From the NCBI GenBank assembly GCA_973895155.1, contig OZ316894.1, positions 16,298,699 through 16,362,698 on the forward strand: 64,000 nucleotides of DNA. Direction: 5' to 3'. The notes beneath the pieces were generated by a model that was not told the DNA's origin, ran no database searches, and saw nothing but the letters and a program-made list of their open reading frames with translations. This stretch comes from Marsupella aquatica (lineage: Eukaryota > Plantae > Marchantiophyta). The position numbers and the translations under genes were made by a program. Shown one piece after another: positions 11,964 through 23,290 of the stretch (position 1 is the stretch's first letter; each line of letters opens with the position of its first letter).

Positions 11964-14900
11964 TCACTGCAGACTAACACACTCTGATGGCCAGAGCACA
12001 AGAGATCCTACTGCATCTGCAATTATTTCCTGAGGTGGATCATCGTCTCTATTCGGAAATGGCAAATTAAAATCAGATACAATCACTGTAGTCAACAACA
12101 CTACTACATGGTCATCCGGGACCACTTTGCCATGGAATTTTGCATGATCCGGTCGCAAAATGCCTGTACCCACACATACCTGCGAGTCATCCTTCCATGA
12201 TAGAAGATTATGGATTGGCTCTGCTGTGGCTATCACCTCCACCTTACCCTGGCTGTTTTTCTTGGCTTTCCTGGGTGGCTTATACATGACATTATTCATA
12301 CCTTGGTTGCGAGTCATGACTTTGGCACGAGTGTTTTGTGCTGGTGATCGAGAATTGGCTACACTCTTCTTCAAAGAATCTGCATCCATATTTGACACTT
12401 CTGATTGTGTAGCAGGATTTCCCTGCGACATCATCTCAGTATCTGCCAACATTGTACTTGCTTCAATTGAAGCATCTACAATCTTACTTGCATCCAATGT
12501 TGCTCCCAAGTTTCGACGTCGCTTCACCCTGCTCCCACTTGGTTGAGAGTCTGTCAACTCTGCATCAACTACAATTCAGTGTCATGTCCAACATAAGTCA
12601 ATCACTCATCACATGTGCTAAATGTACATGTCACCAACCACAAAGTTGTCACTATCTCCTTACCATTATGAACAGCCTTCTTCCCCTTCTTTGCCATTGC
12701 CATATGCTCCATGTCTGCTTCTGTTGATCAATAAACACACCACAATATTCACGTTGAATCTATTAACCACTGAATTGTTGCTCAACATTCATATAGAGGA
12801 ATTTAAAGCATTAGCTTACCTGATACCTCCTTGGCTATGGTCACTGAGGCACTGGGCACATCTTCTTCATTATTGCTCTTTGAATCACCTGATACATCAA
12901 TCATGATGTCACTTCAGATCCCAGTTCATCCAACCAGTTCTTACAGAAAAGATTACCTCCAACCGGCTTAAGCTTCACAAAACTCCATGCACTTTTCAAA
13001 TGTAATGTACTGGATCATAGCAGGTTACCTGTCTCAGCAACCTTCTTGCCCTTCTGCTTACTGATTACAGGGTCCTTCTCTGCCTCCACTCTTCCTGCAT
13101 TCAAACCATTCACTCAATTCATGAAAACTTACTTCTAACATTTGAACATAGGACACAATGAACAATGGGCCGGTGTCATTTCCATACCTGTGTCAGATTT
13201 GCCAATTCCCTTTTTTGTTAACAAGGGCACACTTTGTACAATGTTGCCCTCATTGTTTGGTTGGGAACCACCCAATTTTTCAATCACAAGCTTGAAATTA
13301 GATTCCACTGATGCAAGAAGGTTCGCTACAGATGCCTCCACAATATCCAAACGATCAGCCAATTTACTTTCCACTCGAGGGAGTCCACACTCTAATGACT
13401 TCAACCGTTCACACATCTCTGTGAGAGTTGTAACAGTTCCCTGTCATAACACAGCTTACATATCTCAGATAACTGTCCCCAAGAACTGGTTGCTTACTTC
13501 CTACTACATTTCTTTCTGATGCTCAAGGCCAAATAGTCACATAACATACAGAATTACAACATAATCACCTGTTTGGAAGTTACACTTGTCACCTCACTCC
13601 TTTGTTTCATGAACTCCTCTCTCACTTCTTGTGCTGATGGTTCTTCACCTGTCAATTTCTTCTGCAGTCCACATCAACATACATATGAATGAAACCAAGT
13701 GTTGATTGTCAATGAAAATGTAATAATGGTAGCAAGATGATAAGTTCGAGGCTTACTATCAGGCATGTCACTGCCTTACCAATTGTTCTTTCACTGGAGC
13801 ATAACTTCCTCTCCCAGCCTGTGAAAGGTGTTTCACTTTGCCTCGAGCATTTGACATCAGTTCACTCTTGCTCTGTCCAGCCTCCGACATGAACCCTTTG
13901 ATTAACCGTGTCCATTGATCCAGTTCCAATGATGGGGGTGGTGGCATTCTCCTGTTAGAACCATTGTCTATCCACATCCTTTTCAACCTATGCCTCTCTT
14001 GTTTCAAAATCCTCATTGCATAATCTGATATGCAATCTTCAACTGGGCCCTTACCATCATTACCAACATACTCCCACCGTTCAAGAATGTCCTTGCAGAT
14101 AGCAGCCCAATCAGCTTTGTTCTGACTCCTAAACTCTGTAATGCTCAAATCTAACCAACGCAATACTTCTCCTCTTAGGTCAGAATGCCAAGGTTCTTAC
14201 CATCACATGTGGGAGTTATCCAACCTTCGGAATTCACTTCTACTTTACCAAATTTGTTACTGTCTCCTGCCTTGGTACTCCCTGAAGCGCTACTAGGTGT
14301 CCCTCCACGGCCTGGTGTCCCCCCACGGCCTGGGGTCCCTCCACGGCCTGATCTCCCCCCACGGCCTGGATTGCATTGTCCAAACCTCCCTGGAGTCCCT
14401 GCACATTTATAGGATCCATTTACAGTCACTTACATTAGGTAAGTATGAATCATAAATCCCGCTGCCAAATATACAGTGGACTTCAGAGCAATTTTGCAAT
14501 GACCAAGTTACCTCTCCCTTGGCGCATAGATGGTTCTGGACCACCTGTCCTATTGCTTTGTCTTGATGAATTAGGGGCGTTTCTCCCGCCTGTGAATGAT
14601 TGCCTCCTATCTGAACGTGGATGGCCTTTGTTGTTTTCGTGATTGTCCCAATCAGAGTCTGCATACCAACAGGTACATGCCACACTCATGGACCTGTAAG
14701 ATAAACTCTTTGCCCTAGCTACACATCAGATAAGTGCATATTGAGCTAAATCTCTACTACCATCACAAAATCACTAGCACAAGGCACTTACTTGTCCAAT
14801 CATCCTCCTCACCTTTCCATTGCCCTCTGTACCCGTCTCTACCACGCTCTGGGTGTTCATATTCATCCCATCCATCTTCTGCTCCATCATAGTCATCATC

Positions 14901-15134
14901 ATAATCATCAGGCGTCCCTTGCCAATAACTCTGGCTCCTTCTAGGGTATGGATTATGTGATTTCTCTCTAGCTGCCCACCTACCTGGGACTTGATGAGGG
15001 CCCTGTGCATCTTGCACAGGTGCATTTTTCTGTGAGCCCCCTGCATCTGGGTCTCCATCCATATCCAATCTTTCCTCTTCACCCCACTCTCCAAGCCCCA
15101 TGTCTGTCTCCATGTCATCACCCTCTTCCCCCAT
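11964..15134 (-). CDS. Multi-exon CACTA TnpA/Ptta-like protein (exon structure approximate)
   Basis: Co-oriented ORF pieces: 14763-15134 (acidic), 14483-14689, 14175-14429 ((GRGGTP)n repeat), 13768-14163 (W..ICK..L.RW; PPP.L..DQW..LI..F.S...Q.KS......R, Ptta/Transposase_24-like), 13135-13416 (coiled coil), 11964-12557 (VGTG...FHGKVVPDDHVVV...LPFP...GSLVLWP, Tnp1-like C-terminal domain). Confidence 0.7.
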
Positions 15135-15311
15135 AGCTTCTGCACAACACCCACAACCAAACAGGGAGAATCAGCACACTAAATTCAAAGTATCAATCAA
15201 TTTCATGCATATCCAACTATCCTAAACATCATTCCAGGCAGCAATTCCCGTTCTGTGACTCTGTGCAGGTAGTCATCCTCAACCTCATACTTGCCAATCG
15301 CCAGCTGTTGC

Positions 15312-18300
15312 CTATTGCAAATCATCAACCTCATCATATTCCATTTGCCCAGGTTCATCATATGTCTCTCTCAATGTTAAGGGGATGTAGTCAGTCCCTG
15401 CCCGAGTTGGAAGTACAGTCTCATGACTAGGATGCTCGAATGCAGCATGGTCATCCAAACTGAACTCTACTTTACTTCCATCCATCCGCCTGTTCCGTGC
15501 TTGGCTATGGCATACCACCCTCCAGCCATGTGACTCCTCCACATCTGCAAAGAAAGCCTGTTCAACTTGGCTAGGGAAAACAAAAGGCTCAGACCATTCT
15601 GGTACTCTGGACCTAAAATTGGCCAACAAGAACCCATCATGATCACGCTTCATGGTAGCCCTTGGTCTCTGCCACTCTGATTTCACCCATGATCCCTTCA
15701 TCAATATCACTGGGACACTTGTGTTACCATAATTCAACACCCAAATGTCGGTCAACTCCCCCACGTAACCCATCTTCATCCACCCCCTCTGTTCTTCAGA
15801 GGTTCTCTGCTCAAACACAGAAATCAAACCACAATCATATGATACACAATGGTCACCCTGCTCATCCCTCACTCGATAATGATTTCCATAAGCTCTCATC
15901 CGTTTGTAGGTCAGAATAGACAATCGTGGTGGCACAGATAGAAGATACAAATCCTTCTCCATATCTGGGTGATGTCTACTATGCTCTCGAATTGTCACCC
16001 GAATCCACTGCTCGAACTGTGGGAAGGGATCCTGCTGCCCAGAGTGTGCAGCTTTTTGCATATCATATTCCCTGCAATATGAGGTACAGGCATAGTTAGG
16101 TCTAAACAACACATGACAACCTAAGATCACCCTTGGAACAGACAAGAAGCATCACAACAAAGGCAAGTCAATTCAATCACTCACCTCCACCATGGTTGCA
16201 TAGGCTCTGTGTTTGCCAGCACATATGAATGAGCCTTGTCTCGAATCGCAACAGGCAGCTGAACAGCACGTCCCACACCTTCAACAACCTTGCCACTCAC
16301 TCCATCATCTTCACCAGATTTCCAAACTCTTGTCATAGCTTCACCAGACCCAGCCATGTACTCTGTTAGGAATCCCAACGTCTCATCCTTAATGTACCCC
16401 AATGCCATGGAAGCCTCTGGCCTGTAGTATGTTCTCACATGACCTTTCAACAACTTCATGTATCGCTCCATAGGGTACATCCATCTGGTACTGACTGGCC
16501 CATACTGCCCTAGCTCTTCTACCACATGGATTAGGGGATGAGTCATAACATCAAAGAAAGCAGGGGGGAAGTATATCTCCAAGTCACAGAGGCCATAAGC
16601 AGCATCCTGCTTCAACTGCTCCAATCCTTGGGGATCCCACACTTTCACACATATACGGGGAAATACATTGCACAGTCGAAGAATGACATTACGGACTGGT
16701 TTCTGCATGAGACCTCTGAGGCATAGGGGCAGAATGTGCTGCATCAACACATGGTAGTCATGTGTTTTCATACTACCAAGTTTATTCTTTGTAATATGCT
16801 TCTTGAAGGCACCAGCATAGCCAGAGGGCACTTTCAGATAGCTCAATCTATACAAGAATGTCTTCCATTCATCCTGTGTGCACACATAGGGAGCTTGGAA
16901 CTTGAGAAGTACATTGGGATTGCTTGCATGGGGCTTCAACCAAAGGTGAGGGCGAATCCCCTTCTGTTGCATATCAGCTCGAACTACTCCTGTATCTTTC
17001 TCACCCGACAAGAACTTCAGCAAGCTCTCACAAATATTTTTCTCAATGTGCATGACGTCCACATTGTGTTTGCTGGGCTCAAATTCCTGCACTCCACAAA
17101 GCAAAGAATTCAACAACAGAAACACTAATTAACCACATAGGAGGATTGTAACCAACATCAATCCACCATTGCTCCAATCTAAAATTGCAATCATACAGGG
17201 GCTGGAGGCTAAGTACATTACCCTCCAGTACTCCAACTCCATCAAGGTCTGTCTTTTCACACCGTGTTTCACCACTGGATCCTCAGGTTCTCGATCAGTG
17301 GCACTTCTCTTGTCCCAATCAGCCTTCCTGGCTGCCCACCTCAGGACTTGCTCTCTGGTGACCCTCTGTGGTGGGCCACGAAGCTCTGTTTTGTTGTTGA
17401 AGTGTGCAATTTGAGACCGTGTGTGCCTGTAAGGATGATCAACAGGCAGATACCTTCTATGCCCCTGAAATTTCATACTGTGCAGGGCATGCGACCACTC
17501 ACTTGTCACATTTTTCCCACATGGTGTGCACCCCACATAGCCCTTTGTCACTCGTCCAGATATGATGCCATGGCCTGGGTAATCTGCTATATCCAGCAAA
17601 CAAATTGCATGCAGTCTAAAGGGGCTGGGTCGAAGAAGCCCCTTCAGAACATCATGGGTTAACACCCCTTCTATCCACAAAGTCTTCCACTCTTCCATTG
17701 TTGGAGCCAACATGATATCTATGAATTGCTCGGTCACAGAAGCTGGTCCAGGGATTAACAGCACCATCATGACAAAAAACCTCTTTGTAGTCATCCATGG
17801 GGGAAGGTTGTAATTTAGCAGCGTAACCGGCCAACATGAATAACGGTTGTTTTTGTCTCCAAATGGGTTTACTCCATCCAGTGATAGACCAAATCTAAAG
17901 TTCCGCTTCTCTGCAGCAAACTGTGGCCACCTCTCATCAACAAATTTCCAATGGTTGGAATCTCCAATGTGATGCTGCAGGCCATCACTGCTCTTGTTAT
18001 CAGGAGTCCATGTCATCAGCTTGGAAATGGCAGGGCATCTAAACAGACGTTGTAGTCTAGGAATGAGAGGAAAATGACGAAGAACCTTGGCAGGGTGTGT
18101 ACATTTCCCTACATTCTTGTACCTGTGCTTACCACAATGAGGGCATGTCAATTTATCTGCATGCTCTTTGCGAAAGAGAACACACCCATCAGGGCATGCG
18201 TCAATAGACACATAGTTCAGCCCAAGGTTAGACATCAATTTCCTAGCCTCGTACATATTTTTTGGAATTGAATTACCATCTGGTAACACATTTCGGCGCA

Positions 18301-19006
18301 GGAAGGTCAACAACTCTGTCACAAATATATTGGGAACATTGTGATTGCCACAGATGTTCAACAACAACACGACAAAACCCAGCTTGGAGCAGTTCAACCC
18401 CTCGTAGATAGGAATGCAAGCTTCTTTGATGTGTTTTGGGCCCCCAAACACCCACTCCCTCTCTGCTGCACCTTCCCCAATGTCAAAGTCAGGTTCAGCT
18501 TGGCCGTCGCCAATGTGTGGCTGCGGTTCATTGTCCTCTTCTGATTCCACTGTGTCGTAAAAAGCATCAAGGTCTTCAAAAATCTCTTGAACCATTCTTG
18601 GGACATCCATCCCACCGTCCTCAGTGACTACCTCTCCATCTCCATCTTGGTCATCCACGTTCTCATGTTGGACCCCAGGACCATCCTCTGCACAGTCTAT
18701 GTCCTGCTCTACGTAGTCTCTACGCCTAGCTGTATTAGAATCCACAAAGTCAGCTCTCCACTCTTCATCAGAGGAGTCTTCTTCTGCTGGTACATTCCAA
18801 ACCCTCCACCGAGGGTGCCTTTCATGCCGCAGCAGGTGAAGGTGCACAGTGTTCAAACTCAACGACTTGAATCCTTGGCACTGTGTGCATGGGCATCTCA
18901 TCCTCCTACTCCTACCTTGGGCGGCCCGGGCTTGTTCACGCATCCACAATTTAGAATCATGATGCCTAATCCTAAATGGGTTGTGAAGAGGCAACCTTGG
19001 AGCCAT
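15312..19006 (-). CDS. CACTA transposase (TnpD/Tnp2-like; Transposase_21 + DUF4218 + DUF4216-like), 3 exons
   Basis: Exons 19006-17222, 17086-16185, 16071-15312 with GT-AG introns 17221-17087 and 16184-16072. Motifs CPCTQC..HL, IDACPDGCVLF, FPLIPRLQRLF, LSLDGVNPF, WPVTLLNYNLPPW, DVMHIEKN, KTHDYHVLMQ, FFDVMTH, RWMYPMERYM, EPFVFPSQVEQAFF. Spliced frame has no stops. Confidence 0.93.
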
Positions 19007-19333
19007 CACTATACACACGCACTCAGCACCCTGTCATTTTATTATGCAAGTGAAAAATACACTTCCTGTTAAGGATTTCACCCCCGACTGTACTTGCCAA
19101 AATACGTAACGTTCCAAAAAAACAAAAAAACAAAAAAATATAGGTGCCTGAGTCATGTACCTATTCTCAAGTGAATGAGACAAAATTCCTAAATGTTTGA
19201 GGGTGTCAACTCCTTCGCTGTCCTCACATGTACTGCCTCTGCACGTACATCCATGACCATATCAGAGTCCAATCATGTATAGTCATAGACACAGGTGCCA
19301 GGTGCGAGACCGGTGTGAGATGTCCTCATCTTA

Positions 19334-19867
19334 CTACCACATCAAATACGGATACCAATCCTGTTGTCGATGCCACTCAGCCCTGAGGTACTCAGGCATG
19401 TACATTAAGTCATCAAGGTCTAAACCCTGCTCATGCCATGGTGGTCTTCGATCCGTGCCTACAAGCAGTGGCAGCAGTGCCCTCCATGGTGCACATGTTG
19501 CTACCAAGTCCCTCCACTGGGTACTAATTAGTCTATATTTGCAGATATCTTGTGCGCCAGACACCACAAGAACCCTCGGCCAGACATGTGTAAGAACTAT
19601 ATCATCTGCCAAATCAGGCAACAAGGAACCACCTACAGCATCGTGCTTGTCTAACTCATCTGCTGAAAAGTAAATGTCCTCTTCCGACTGTGCATCCTCA
19701 TTCACCACAGCATTCACAACACATCCAAGGTCTGCAGGCATTATCTCGGATGGAGCTACACTCTGTCTGGTTACCAATCCACACAAGTAAGCCCAAGCAG
19801 TAGCCATGCACGATGCAACCCGTAGGAGGACCCTACATAGGGCCTGACGGTCTGGAAGAGGCAGCAT
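19334..19867 (-). CDS. F-box-like protein carried by the CACTA
   Basis: Motif LLPDLADDIVLTHVWPRV...ICKYRLISTQWRDLV matches the F-box consensus (LPDLP.DI...I..RL......R.VS..WR.L). Likely ATG 19867. Confidence 0.65.
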   Translation of the reverse strand: MLPLPDRQALCRVLLRVASCMATAWAYLCGLVTRQSVAPSEIMPADLGCVVNAVVNEDAQSEEDIYFSADELDKHDAVGGSLLPDLADDIVLTHVWPRVLVVSGAQDICKYRLISTQWRDLVATCAPWRALLPLLVGTDRRPPWHEQGLDLDDLMYMPEYLRAEWHRQQDWYPYLMW

Positions 19868-20043
19868 ACCCACCAAAGTCTTCAGCCAAACAGAGCCCAG
19901 CAAGTAGATTCACAGTCACACCCCACGCAGCAGGAAACAACAATCACTTCAACTGCGACCAACCATGACAAGATGAGTTAGTTCAAGGATCACATTTATT
20001 ACAAAATTGTGATTTATACAAAAATATGAGGGACTCCTACTCC

Positions 20044-20892
20044 TCACTCTCTCCCACCTTTGCTAAGCATACATCTCCGCTGAATCTTGGAGGGCCAGGC
20101 CTCAAAAATATCAAAGTCCCAAGCATTCTGTCGCTTCCCTCTAGCTGCTGATTCCAGAAGCCAATCAGGGGAAAGCACCCAAAGATTGTTGTTCATGACA
20201 AAATCACGCACTGTTGTCTTAAAGAATTTTCTGCATATTTTCATGTATGACAGACCTACAACATGAGTGGAGGTTTCTGTTAGACTCTCCTCCACTGTCC
20301 CACCTAGCTCAACAACTATAGACTTGTACAATCTGCACTTAGTCTCCCCAATTCCTTCTTCTGCAAATACCACACTGAACCCCTTCATAATGGTATTTCT
20401 CTCCTTGCCATGCTCATTCAATATAGCATCTGCACGCATAGGATGGTGTCCTATGTTGACAACAGGTCCATATTGGACAGAAGCAAAGTTGGGTTTCTCT
20501 GCCGCTGCTTCATAGGCTTCCTTTTCAGCCAAAGCCTCTACAGTGGCCTCCTCACTCTCCCACAACTCATATTGCTCAGTACTCTGTACACACCTATGTT
20601 TAACAGAATCGGTCAGCCAAGAGACTTCAACTACTTTTAGACCTTGGTTGGTAATGGCAGAATCAATGAAGGACCATGACCACTTGTTCATCACATCCAG
20701 CCATGTCCCCGCAACAACATGTGTAGTCTGTGGAGTGATGTCCTTGACTTCAGTCCCATGGAACTCTGAGAATCGTTTTTGTACGATTGGCCAACTCACT
20801 TGGGTGAACCCATAGTGGCCAGGAATCAAAATGGCTTTGATTCCAGCCAACAGAGGCGGGTGGTCAACCTTTGTACGTTTCCTAGAGGCCAT
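20044..20892 (-). CDS. Tandem BRCT-domain protein carried by the CACTA
   Basis: Two repeats: LAGIKAIL...FHGTEVKDITPQTTHVVA...KVVEVSWLTDSV...EQY and MKGFSVVF...LGGTVEESLTETSTHVVG...VLSPDWLLES...DF (GG, THVV and W..DS/ES BRCT hallmarks). N-terminal RKRTK NLS-like motif; CAG acceptor at 20917-20915. Confidence 0.8.
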   Translation of the reverse strand: MASRKRTKVDHPPLLAGIKAILIPGHYGFTQVSWPIVQKRFSEFHGTEVKDITPQTTHVVAGTWLDVMNKWSWSFIDSAITNQGLKVVEVSWLTDSVKHRCVQSTEQYELWESEEATVEALAEKEAYEAAAEKPNFASVQYGPVVNIGHHPMRADAILNEHGKERNTIMKGFSVVFAEEGIGETKCRLYKSIVVELGGTVEESLTETSTHVVGLSYMKICRKFFKTTVRDFVMNNNLWVLSPDWLLESAARGKRQNAWDFDIFEAWPSKIQRRCMLSKGGRE

Positions 20893-21490
20893 GTACACAC
20901 GGGCCACCTAATCACTGCAGACCGGAAGATAATGCGTTCACCTGATAATCGGAGGGCCCTTAAAATGCTGCGTTTATAACTTGGTCCAGTCCAGTCGTCT
21001 GGTGAGTCTCTGCTCCGATTCCAAACGGGAAAAATATTGGGACAAACGTACTAGACACCTGCAAGCATGCACCTCATAGTTTGAATATGTGCCTTCACAA
21101 TATTGAAGGTGACAAGTGCAATTGTTTTGTGATGCCACATACAGATGTTGTAAATGGGCAGACATTCAATGAGAATACAAAATGTTGGTACACTTTAAGG
21201 GAATTCTCGCAAATTAAATAGCCTTGTAACTTATATGCTCATAATGAGAAGTCCTGATTTAATTTAAGCAGTGTCATGTAAGTCGTGATCAAAATGATTG
21301 CAGAGTTAAAAAAGTTCCTAGAAGGCTTAAGGGGAGTTTTTGAAGGCATGTACCCAGGAACAAGTAATGAACTTAGGGTACTTGTTGCCTAAGCATCCTC
21401 TCCTACAGAGGTCCTTCTTCTCAAAATTGGAATGTCTGCAATCTCCAAGGTATCCACATCAGGTGCACTATGCATGTACATTATTCAGGT

Positions 21491-22171
21491 TCAAAGCCAA
21501 GAAATGTGATCTCTCATGGGAGTGTGCAAAGTAGGATCTATGGCATGGCGATGACAATAGAAGATCCATCGATCAACACCATGTGTAGAGTGATCATAGA
21601 TGTGTCTGTCACAAGCATAGCCTTCTGCTTGACGCTCCTTCAAACAATGAAAGTGCCACATGGTGGGACACCTAACACAGTGGACTATGTCCACCCAGAA
21701 ATCTTCATCGTGCTGACCACATGCCTTGCACTTATGAAGTGGGCAAGCTGTGGCAAGATCGGGCAAACATGAAAAACAAAAGAACCTCACACAATATCTG
21801 TCAGGGCATTTCCTAACAAGTGGTGGAGCATCAACAGAGCCCTCATAAGACCCCAACTTCCCACACTGTGCACACTTAGCCTGCTTCTCCAAACAATCAG
21901 TGCACATCCAGCCTCCCTGGTGTGCTGACGGGAGGCCCACCCCTGGACAGTTGTTTTCTGCAGCAAGGTCAGACTCCGGGTTGAGGTGGAAATGCCTCAT
22001 GCAAGGGCCCTCACATATGGCTAAGCCACCACCATCGTCACAAATGGCACAACAATGAGCTGCCTTCTGGAAAATCTGACTTGCAGAGAAGTTACTACCA
22101 TCTGGCCCAACTACACCTGTGTTGCTCACCTCTGTCCCCCGCTTCTTGGCTCGGATTTTAGGGCGTGCCAT
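21491..22171 (-). CDS. Stand-alone EDM2-like composite PHD-finger protein (copy 2), transposon-borne
   Basis: 226 aa, same length as copy 1, about 34 substitutions by manual count (~85% identity), all Cys retained. TAG acceptor at 22176-22174. Confidence 0.85.
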   Translation of the reverse strand: MARPKIRAKKRGTEVSNTGVVGPDGSNFSASQIFQKAAHCCAICDDGGGLAICEGPCMRHFHLNPESDLAAENNCPGVGLPSAHQGGWMCTDCLEKQAKCAQCGKLGSYEGSVDAPPLVRKCPDRYCVRFFCFSCLPDLATACPLHKCKACGQHDEDFWVDIVHCVRCPTMWHFHCLKERQAEGYACDRHIYDHSTHGVDRWIFYCHRHAIDPTLHTPMRDHISWL

Positions 22172-22840
22172 GCCTACGCATGAGACAGATAGTACAATTT
22201 AGCAGAGTGCACAGACAATACAATTTAGTGCAGTGTACAAAAAGTACAGTGTAGCATATAGACTAGAGTGGCAATTGCTACTGCAATGAAATGTTCACAC
22301 ACATGTGCAGAGTAGACATACTTTTTGGTTTGTTGAGCCCACACTAAAAACTGATCCCCTCGTACAATAGCTCCACCTACACCTCAATTTTGTGGCTATG
22401 ATTCACCAAAGGAGATCTGCAACAAGATTTAATGCATTTGAATCACATATAACAGTCGTGACATGTAAAACAGGCATTTTTTGAACAGGATTGGTATCAA
22501 GCACTGTGATCAGGGTTGTAATTTATACATCCTAAATAGGCTATGATAGTGAATGAGACAAATAAGTTAGGCAGAAATCACTTTTTCCAGGTTATCACAT
22601 GGCCCATTAATTCCAGTCTTTGAAAGGAGACTTTTAAGTGAGCTTGCTAGCCTCTTAAATTAGGATATTGTACTTAGTGCAGCCATAATAGGATAAGTTA
22701 TGTACTGTTGACCCTAAACCTTGGACCCAAAATTGGTCATAATTCAAAATCTTAAGTAAATATCCTCTCTGTTCAAGTCAAAGTGTTAAGTTATAGGTCA
22801 ATGGTCTCTGGTTTGTGCATGCGGTGTGACAAGTGGTCCT

Positions 22841-23290
22841 CTAGAGCGTGTGATCCAAACATGTGTAGACACCAAAGTGACCGGTGGTGGGGTCTGGGAG
22901 GGCAGGACAAGTGACATCGCCAGGCACACTGCAGGATGGCGAGTGGTTCCAGATGATACATTGTGCTCTGTGAAAAAACCGACATCCAAGAGAACGGTCA
23001 TCCAACTCTAGGCCAGAAGCCCTACAGGCAGGACAGTCATATTGGCAACTGTGCACACACCCTTGGGCCCTAATTTGTGGCGGGTCATGTACTAGAGACA
23101 GAAATACCAAGGATGTTGGGAAGGGTGGAGAAGCAGGTACAGGCCGGCTGTAGTTGTTCCTGGCAACAACTGGGTACTCAAAGTACCATGCAGACTGGGC
23201 TGGAAGGATCCCAAGTCTGACATACTCAAGGTGCAACATCTCTGCCTTGCGTGCAAGCCGCACATGTTCAGCGTTGCGGGTCCTCACCAT
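22841..23290 (-). CDS. Small Cys/His-rich hypothetical protein (possible Zn-binding)
   Basis: 149 aa; CVHSCQYDCPAC and HRAQCIIWNHSPSC..CP...H...CLDH; N-terminus conserved with copy 1. Confidence 0.5.
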   Translation of the reverse strand: MVRTRNAEHVRLARKAEMLHLEYVRLGILPAQSAWYFEYPVVARNNYSRPVPASPPFPTSLVFLSLVHDPPQIRAQGCVHSCQYDCPACRASGLELDDRSLGCRFFHRAQCIIWNHSPSCSVPGDVTCPALPDPTTGHFGVYTCLDHTL

